A stretch of DNA of 63,438 nucleotides, filler included. It is 10 parts of 10 records of this genome, joined end to end, with 100 filler letters (N's around TTAATTAATTAA, not from the genome) between each part and the next. Parts side by side here need not be neighbours in the genome. Positions count along the whole stretch, not along the records: positions 45,534 to 54,243 come from SRR9670534_267; positions 54,344 to 56,404 come from SRR9670534_269; positions 56,505 to 59,578 come from SRR9670534_281; positions 59,679 to 63,438 come from SRR9670534_285; 6 more parts are not named here. The stretch is one strand, 5' to 3'. The notes below the pieces were generated by a model. That model was given only the letters and a program-made list of their open reading frames with translations. It ran no database searches and had not been told where the DNA came from. Position numbers and translations under genes: made by a program. Below, one piece after another: positions 54,102-63,438 of this stretch (its first letter is position 1; each line of letters starts with the position of its first letter).

Positions 54102-54406
54102 GAAGCTTAGAATTATTAATAGATAATTTAAATTCTATTATTTATTGGCCAAAATATAATAACAATATATTTACAGACAAATATATATAGGTAAACTAAA
54201 ATTTGATTGCTTTTTAATACAGTGGAACCCGCTTAACATCATCNNNNNNNNNNNNNNNNNNNNNNNNNNNNNNNNNNNNNNNNNNNNTTAATTAATTAAN
54301 NNNNNNNNNNNNNNNNNNNNNNNNNNNNNNNNNNNNNNNNNNNTTGACGCAAACATGGCTATTGTAATAATAAGTAACTGTAAACGCTTTTGTTCAAACC
54401 TAACCA

Positions 54407-55829
54407 TTATTCTACTTTTGTAGCCCATGCCATATCATCAGCTCTTGGTGCATACCCAGTTGTCTTCTCAATGCAAATTTCCAAAATTTTCCAGAAATAT
54501 ATCATTTCCAATGGATAATTTAGCCAACCTGTGGTTATACAGTAGTAGGTATCATGTGGTACTGTATGGTGAACCTTATGGTGCTTTCTTGGCAGAATAA
54601 TGTGAAGTTGCTGCAAAGCAGCCACCCACCAAGGCAAACTCACGTGTGTGTGAGACCATTTATGAATCTGTAAAAAGATGTCTATATTTATACTGATTGT
54701 CATGGAAACGATGGCAAAAGAAAATCGTTCGATTTTTGCGGTGATATGATAAATATATAAAATACGTGCCAAATAGCATGATTTACACATGGTATGCTGT
54801 ATGTATAACTGTTACATTGTAACATCACCTGATTAGTCAGCATAACAAATAAGCCCATCAAGAAAAAGAAGCACTGGACATTATACATTTGTAGCATCTC
54901 TTCGTGTGATGAAACAAACCAAAGTTTCAGGCACAAAAAAGACAAAATTGGTAGGCATACCATACAATTATCACCATTCGTTTCAATGAAATCGTGACGA
55001 GTTATAGCAGTTGGATCAATATGGTGTTCTCTAAAAGATCGAATAAACGTTCCAGCTCCCAAAGTATCAATGGAACCCCAAGTATCAGCACCCCAGTGCG
55101 CAATACCACTGGCAAAATCTGCAGCAATTACGCCAAGTACTAAAATTAAAGATATAAATCATCTGATACCAATTTCGTATACGCCATCCCATGTTGTTAC
55201 TCCAATATCATGTACTGTTATTATCATAGAGTAGAGAATAAAATTTGCAGTAATCCATAGAACTTATTACGGTATTATTAATTAATATGCATAACAATAA
55301 TTAACATGTACATCACGGCAAATAATAATATGTATTTATAGCACACAAATTTAGTTTAGATATCACCTTGATAGCATAGGTACCTATGCATATTACAAAC
55401 TTTGTAATATAAAGGTATTATGTACCTATATAACAGTGCCTATAGCGAATACTAACCTGCATAATTCAAGATACTAATCCATTTAGAAGATTCAAAATGC
55501 ATAAATAACATATATCCTATGTACGACATCATTACGCAGTAGACAGCGATCGAAATAATTTCTTGTATTCGCTTTCCTAAACAACTCAACAATAGGATAC
55601 TGGTAGTAGTGTATCAAAGAAATGCGTATTACGTAACATCGTATGTATGTATTGTACCTCTAGTATATTGTTGAGCTAATATTTTGGCTCCAGCATGTTG
55701 AGGTCCCCATCGGGGTTTAGATACTTCACCATCTGAATTGGGATTTGCTTCATTCATACTTGCTTCCCCATTATCAGGTAAAGAATCACCTTCGGATGCG
55801 GATAAGCTTGTGTTATGATCAAGAGGCAT
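54407..55829 (-). CDS. PEDS1: Plasmanylethanolamine desaturase 1 (TMEM189/Kua)
   Basis: [83 protein letters not shown]; four exons. Confidence 0.95.
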
Positions 55830-58575
55830 TTTGAGAGAAAGGAGTTTTTTGTACTATGTACCTATAAAATTTATAGTATAATATTGTAAATAGGTAGTAC
55901 CCAAGGACTCCTTTACACCCTTGGGTACCTACCTACGTGTAGAATCTATGGTATGTAGGTACTACCTACTAGGTAGTATGTAATCTATTTCTCAAATACA
56001 GAAGCTACCAATTAATAAGTACATATGTAGGCACTGCCTACTAGGCAGTACTTATTACTACATTATGTAATAATAAGTACAAAAAAAGAAAAGAGAAAAA
56101 AGATTCTTTTTTAAAAAAGAATTTGTAAATTTTGTTTTTATTTCTTTTTTTAAAAAACTTAAACATTTTACATAACATTCTATATTTTTATTAAATAAAT
56201 TCTTTTAGTATACAAACTTATAAAAATGTATATACATAGAACATAATTTTATTAGTTATTTGTATGATTTTTATAGATACTACTAGTAAGATCCCTTTAA
56301 TTATTTCTTTAAGTAAAGATTTCTTTAATTATTTCTTTATTTTCTTTCTTTCTTTTTTTTATAAAAATAAATAATTTCAACTTTGAATGTTTTAAAATAA
56401 ATTTNNNNNNNNNNNNNNNNNNNNNNNNNNNNNNNNNNNNNNNNNNNNTTAATTAATTAANNNNNNNNNNNNNNNNNNNNNNNNNNNNNNNNNNNNNNNN
56501 NNNNGCTATGGCTAAGCAATATACAAAATAATAATAGAAATAGTAGCCATATCTTTCCACATAGAAATTAATGCAAACCTTAAGCAAAGGCCACATTTGA
56601 GTAGTAGCTGCACTTGTTAATTAGCCATAAATTTTAGACTGCATTTTGAAAAATAACTTATTATAGACTACATTTTGAAAAAATAACTTACTAACCATGG
56701 CCTCTTTATAAAGTATTATGGTAATTATAATTATTTTATTTTATAAATTAGTTTTAGTATATATTTAAAGTAGCTAGAAGTTAATAATTCTAAAAACATA
56801 AATTTTAATCATATTAGTTACAAAACTATTTATCTATTAGTAATATAGTATTATATTTAGTAAATAACTAAAATATATTTAGTAAAAAAGTAAAATATTT
56901 AATAAGTAAATAAAAACAGAATTTTATCTGCTATTTGCTACTAAATATTATAGCTAATATTTTTGATATTTGATTTGTATAAAATATATAATCATTGTTT
57001 CATAACTTAGCAATGAAAATTTGTATTTATCAGCACTTCTAGATATGAAACTATAATTGCAAAAAATCTCTAAAGGTTTATCTAGGCTAGTTAGTACTTA
57101 TGTAAATTAAATTTATAAATTCTAGCCTATATCAAATTCAAAATCAGTTATGATAAATCAGTGATTTAAATGAAATAAATTAAAACTACTTAGTTCTACA
57201 AATTTATCTATAGATTATATAAAAAGTATACTCTTATAACTTCAATTTTATTATATTATATTTTTTATTTTATTTTATTTATTTTAACTAGAATTACAAA
57301 AGATTAGTCTTACATTTTTATAAATTAATATTAGTAAATTAATAAATTACTACATATTTTTACATTAGTAAATTACTGCATATTTTTATATATTAATATT
57401 AGTAAATCTAAATTTATATAAATTTTTACTGAAAAATGATATATTTTACTTTTACAATTAAATTAAAAAAACAATTTGATTTTGCTAAGATTTATAATAT
57501 AAAAATATAATTAGCTATTTTTATTAATTATTATGTTCTATAGAAGTTAAATTTCTTTTTTAAAACAATTGTAATCTTAATTTGTCTTTACTGTTAACAA
57601 GTAAAAGACTTACATTATACATTACATAATATAACATCACTATTACTTATAATTAGCATAATTAAATTATGTAATAATGAAAATTACTTATGATTATATT
57701 ATGATAAAAATCTTTGGTATTATACAAATAGCTTAAATTTGATACTTTTAAGTTTTTTATAAAGTTTTTCCAATTTTGTCCCATAAAAAAGACATCTATT
57801 AACATAGGATACTTAATATAGATGTTAGGTAGTAACAATATAAAATATCCAAAAATCATCAATTAATCATAGACTGTTAATAATAAATTATACCAACTTA
57901 TTTTCAATATTATATAAAATCATTGTCTATGGAAACATCTTTTTTCAACATTCTTCAAGCTAATTTTGAGATTGCATTTTGTGTCTACTTTTACTATCCA
58001 CTTCTACTTATGATTTATTTTTATTTTACAGTATAATAGATCTATATGTTACAAGAACTCATAAACCAACTTTGGTTGATTTAGAAATCCTTGATATGTT
58101 ATAGCTTATTTTAAAGAGAAAAGATAGCCCTATCAGATTCCTATAGGTATATATTTAACTTTCTAACAGAAACTTTTTATAATAATAGTAACAGTAATAT
58201 GGCAATAATTGAATTTATTATAAGGTTTGCTAAAAAGGATCATGCCAATAAGCCAGCCTGTATAAACCCCTATTTCTTAAGAATTATATAAATATTTATG
58301 TAAATAAATACTTAATAATATCTTATAAAATATAATTTGCTTCAAAATAAATCAAACATACATATAATTAATTAACAACTCATCTATAGTATATAGTAGC
58401 TTAAAAAGACAGTACTACATGATAAACTTACATACATCAATACATTTTATTATAAATAAAGCATTTTGTACTAAAAAACAACAATTAATGAAACACATGA
58501 TTATTATGCTTCATAATAATTATTACATTGTATTAATTATTATTAATTAATACATTTTCATAAGTTGGGAGCTAA

Positions 58576-59578
58576 CTACTTCTGAAAATTACTAAAGTCT
58601 GTTTTCAGGGTTATTGAAGGCTTTTGCTCAATTGTTATAGCAGGTTGTTGTTTTTTGTTGCCAGCTGATGACATAGCATATGGTTTGGTCATTGGATTTG
58701 TTGATTCTGAATGTTCTTTCTTGGTCTTGACAGACTGCAAAGCCTTGCTTAGATGTGACTTAAGTGACAAATCTTGCTCAATTATTATCTTAAAATCTTC
58801 AGAATACTTCTGGCTTAGGTGAATTAAGTTTTCCAAACAGTGATTATAAAATTTACTTTGAATCTTAACGTATACAGATGCAGTAGTTGAACTAATGCTA
58901 TCTTCTTTCAAACAGCTTATCAAAACTGGAATGTACAAAGTCATCAAGGGTAGTTCTAAAATTCAAAAGTTTAAAGTCTTACATACCAAGTAATACAAAA
59001 TTTACAACATTTATAGTAAAAATTATGACAATGTCTTAAAGACATAAATATTAAAAATTAAAATTAAAAGTTAAATAAAAGTATTCAAAAATAAAACTAC
59101 ATACAATACAAATACATAATAATGCTCAAGTATGAATAGAAACGTTACTTTTGTCTGCTAGGCTGATTAGGACATCAACTAATCCAAACAATTCAACAGC
59201 AAAGGAAAATGCAGTTTCTGAGTCTACATCATGTTTAGAAATAGATTTCACTGCTTTGAGTACATATGGACAAAATGTCTTGACATAAAGCAAAACCGCG
59301 TCTTGTTCTTCATGACTTAGCAAGGATCTGATTGCTTTAAAACCTTTTGTTTTTATGGCAACATCTTGGCTACACAAAAAGTTACTTCTAATGTGTTCGC
59401 ATGCAATATTAAATATTTTTAGATGCTGGCAGGCTAAAACGGCTAATGGTAAAGACTGCATTAAAAATGTTAAGAGTAAGAGATGATGATTAGGCCAAAG
59501 TCTTTCATATTCCTCATCAGAATGGGTGCAACTAAGGACTACAGTTGAAAAGAGTTTGACCATGGAAACGAGAGCACC
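58576..59578 (-). CDS. HEATR5B: HEAT repeat-containing protein 5, last two exons; the rest is in or beyond the gap
   Basis: LYIPVLISCL...HCLENLIHLSQKYSEDFK...ITLKTDFSNF resembles the HEATR5 C-terminus; A/B not resolvable. Confidence 0.7.
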
Positions 59579-60067
59579 NNNNNNNNNNNNNNNNNNNNNN
59601 NNNNNNNNNNNNNNNNNNNNNNTTAATTAATTAANNNNNNNNNNNNNNNNNNNNNNNNNNNNNNNNNNNNNNNNNNNNCATAAGCTACTACACTAATTGT
59701 AAGTGTAGTATACTTGTATCGTGATTTTGGCCTTTATTATTGTATAGTGGCAATTCGAAGTTTTACTGTCATTATTGATACCCTTAAATTTTACAAATAT
59801 TATCGCTTGGGATAATAACTAACTTGTCAAATAATGGATTCGGTAATTAATTTATAATATCATGTAACGCTTAACACTGTTAGGCTAACTATAGTTATAA
59901 CGCTAATTAGCGTCCATCGTTGAAATAAAGCCGCTTTGGTTGACTATTTTCGAAAAGAGGGTTTTACGATATCAAAAATTGAAGACTTGGCAAATTTATG
60001 ATTAGATTAACACGCAATTTTTAATAATTACTATATATAGTGATCATATGTAAATGGTTTCCATTAG

Positions 60068-63000
60068 ATGGTGAGGGAAGCTAGAGAAGTCTTTGCTTCT
60101 GGAAGAACAAAAGGTTATGATTGGCGCGTGAAACAGTTAAAAGGCCTGATAAAAATGATCGATGAAAATCACGAGGAAATGTTTGCCACATTGCAAAAGG
60201 ACTTCTCAAAGGTTGGTAGTGTGTATTTTCTTAATTAATAATAATCTCATTATCATTATTATCAATACATAATAATGACTCTGGCATTTATTAGCCAAAA
60301 AATGAAGCATACATGACAGAGTTGGATTTCATACGAAACGATGCTTCTGAAATGTTAAAGAATTTGAGAAAATGGATGAAGGTTAAAAAGGTGATTACAT
60401 AATATTTTGCTGGTTTCTTATGCTGAAAAGAATTTATTAAGCAATTTAACAAGTTTATTAAGCAAAATAGTTTTGTTATCAAATTAAATATTCAGGTCAT
60501 TATTAATAATAAACAAAATTATTTTTTCAAATATAAAGTTTCGATTTTAAAAATGATTTAAACTTCAATTGCTAAAGTTTATTATAAATGTTATAATTTT
60601 ATTATCAATGCCGAAGTTATATTATAAATGATATTATTAATAATAATAATGAAGTTTATCATTATGTACATAAAACCAAAAATGACGAGACAGACGAATA
60701 TTATTTTAGGACAATTGTGTCAACTGTTATTAATATTATACTATACAATATAATTATTATTATTACCATATGTTAATAATAATAATAATGCAAATCTTGT
60801 AGGTATCTAAAGATTTGCATAATTTCATGGATTCTTGTTACATTCGAAGTGAACCACTGGGCGTCACGTTAATAATTGGCATGTCTTTATCATTGTACTA
60901 TTATGATTATTATTAATAATAATAACAATATTAATAAGTCTGGTTAAAACATGTCATTTCAATGATCATTAGTAAAGACTTATCAAAACAAATCATATTT
61001 ATACAATAGCATTATTTTATTACTATAGTAATATACTTATACCTAAACCTGAGCATACTTATTATATATAATTAGTATACTAATTATACTTATACCCATA
61101 CCTAAGTATACTTATACCTAAACAATTTACCATAGGAGCTTGGAACTATCCCTATCAACTTTGCCTCTGTCCGTTAGTTGGAGCTATTGGTGCAGGTATG
61201 CAAAGATGCCTTATCATAATTATTTATGTTTTATTCGTAATAGTTATAAATTAATTAGGCATTAGGCCCTAGTAATTAAACTAAAACCATTGTGAAAATA
61301 ATGGCTACGAGAAACAACTTACAACTTTTGTTAGTTTAACAAAAAAATTATTAAACATTTATTATAATAGCATAATATTTAGTCAAAATATCTAATTATT
61401 ACTAATAAGTAGGTATTTAAAAATGGTATTTGAATATTTGAAATTTTTTTATGTATAATGATATGACAAAACCTGGAAAACTGTTTAGGAAATTGTGTTA
61501 TTTTGAAGCCTTCCGAAATATCAGAACATTGTGCTAATTTTATGGCTGAAAACTTGCCAAAATATCTGGATAATGTATACCTACTTATAAGTAACCTATA
61601 TTATAAGTCGCTGTATTGTAGCATGCTGACTACTGATGACTATGAGTCAGCTGACTAATGCTGACTATATTATTATAAGTCGTTGTACTGTACATGCTGA
61701 CTATTGAATAATGCATTACTACATGATGACGTCATCATAGGAATGTATTAAAGTAGTATGTGGTGGCGCTGATGTGGCTCAGGAGTTGCTTGAAGTTAAA
61801 TTTGACAAAATTTTCTATACTGGAAGTGGACGCATTGGTAGGATTATTATGGAAGCTGCGTCAAAGTTTTTGTGCCCAGTTACGCTAGAACTTGGCGGAA
61901 AATCGTATGTTCAAAATGATGAATGTTGGCCAAAAATGTTTATTACTATAAACAGCCGTATATACAATAGTATGAAAACTCACCCCTTTATGATGTACAA
62001 AATTATTAATCAAATATTTGTAATTGCTATTAGAATGTTTAAATTTCGCGTTTTTAAAACTTTTTCAAAAAGTTTCAAAAATTTTTATGTGATTGCTCTT
62101 AGCTGCAGAGTTACAATACTTACTTGCTAGGCTATTGTGTAGTTTATAATTATTGTTATTAATTTGTAGACCATGCTATGTTGATGACACTTGCAATATT
62201 CCAGTGACTTGCAGAAGAATAGCATGGGGAAAATTTACAAATAGCGGGCAAACGTGTATTGCTCCAGATTACATTCTTTGTCCAAGAGGATTTCAAGAAA
62301 GGTTGGTTGATGGTTTTAAAGACATCATTACAGAATTTTATGGAACTGATCCAAAGGAAACTTCTGACTTTGCACGAATTATAAACAAAAGACATTTTGA
62401 GTAAACATTTTTAATTTAATAATAAAATAAACCTTATTTGAAATCATCAAAGATAAATCGCGAAGTTTGATTAAATTACATTTATTTCAGCCGACTTTGC
62501 AACTTGCTAAAGTCTGGTAGAGTTGCAGTAGGCGGAGAAATTGATGAAGAAAACCTTTATATCTCCCCAACTATACTGGCAGATGTCAACCTAGATGACG
62601 CTGTTATGAGTGAGGAAGTATGATTATTTTTTGAAAAGAAAATAATAAGGACTTTACCGTATATGTATAAGGCCTAGAATAGAAATTATGAAATGATACT
62701 TACTCTAACAATTGCTTTGTCAGATCTTTGGACCAATTTTACCCATTATTGAAGTCAAAGACGCCTTTGAAGCTGTTCACTTTATTAATACAAGGTTACA
62801 CTATATTATACTATGGTAAAATAGTAAATTATACTGTAAATAGCAATGGTGCATGTACTATATAGTACTAGATGTACTATATATATTATATAGTACATCT
62901 AGTACATATATTATATAGTACTAGATGTACTATATAATATATATACTATACATGTACTATATAGTATATACTATGTCATACTATATTGTATTATATAGTA

Positions 63001-63438
63001 TATACTATACCTATTGTATATACATAGTATATACATAATAGGGAGTATTGTAAAATGCCATAGTATAAAATATAACACTCTATAATATAGTACAATATAT
63101 AATATTACAAATATTATATAATGCAATATTCTAATATATTATATTTTACTATACTAAAGTACAATATTTGTTTTTTATTTTAATTCTATCACTATTTAAA
63201 ATTTTTATCATTGTTATTATAATATATTCAATAAGTGATAAATTACAAATGCAATTATTAATTTATACCTAGTTTTTGTTAAACTAAACTTAACTTATTG
63301 ATATGTTGCAATAATAACTTATTGACATCGTAATTGTTCAAATTATTTTATTGTCTTAAAAATTGGAATTCAATTCAAGTTGATATTTCTGGGTTAATTT
63401 AAAACGTACATTTTTAGAGAAAAGCCACTTTCACTTTA
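60068..63438 (+). CDS. Aldehyde dehydrogenase family 3; runs off the right end
   Basis: [11 protein letters not shown]...[43 protein letters not shown], catalytic LELGGK and [24 protein letters not shown]. Confidence 0.95.

Overview
AT-rich, gene-dense eukaryotic (invertebrate animal-like) scaffold with mostly short GT-AG introns (about 45-90 nt), split by nine artificial 100-nt gaps (N44-TTAATTAATTAA-N44). About 24 protein-coding genes or fragments can be built by hand. In order: TMEM104 (exon 1), CC2D1/Lgd, NUP85 (3' part), a Rho-family GTPase, CLUAP1, a five-domain chitin-binding (CBM14) protein, CCDC13, a calmodulin-like protein, an orphan secreted protein, a metabotropic glutamate receptor-like GPCR, ATP13A1, two orphan membrane proteins, four REXO4/ISG20-type DEDDh exonuclease paralogs interleaved with a DUF229 gene, the APEX2 C-terminus, an SLC45 transporter, MPPE1, a possible HSF2BP, a GT49/B4GAT1-like gene, PEDS1, the HEATR5 C-terminus and ALDH3. 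There are also a decayed mariner transposase, MITE ends and RFX X-boxes. Two signals stand out. First, co-oriented genes sit only about 80-350 nt apart, with apparently unpaired 3' splice sites just before start codons, which suggests operons resolved by spliced-leader trans-splicing. Second, one such array is a nuclease cluster (APEX2, REXO4, a catalytically dead REXO4 paralog, DUF229 and two divergent REXO4-like genes). All gene names come from recalled motif similarity; no database search was run.
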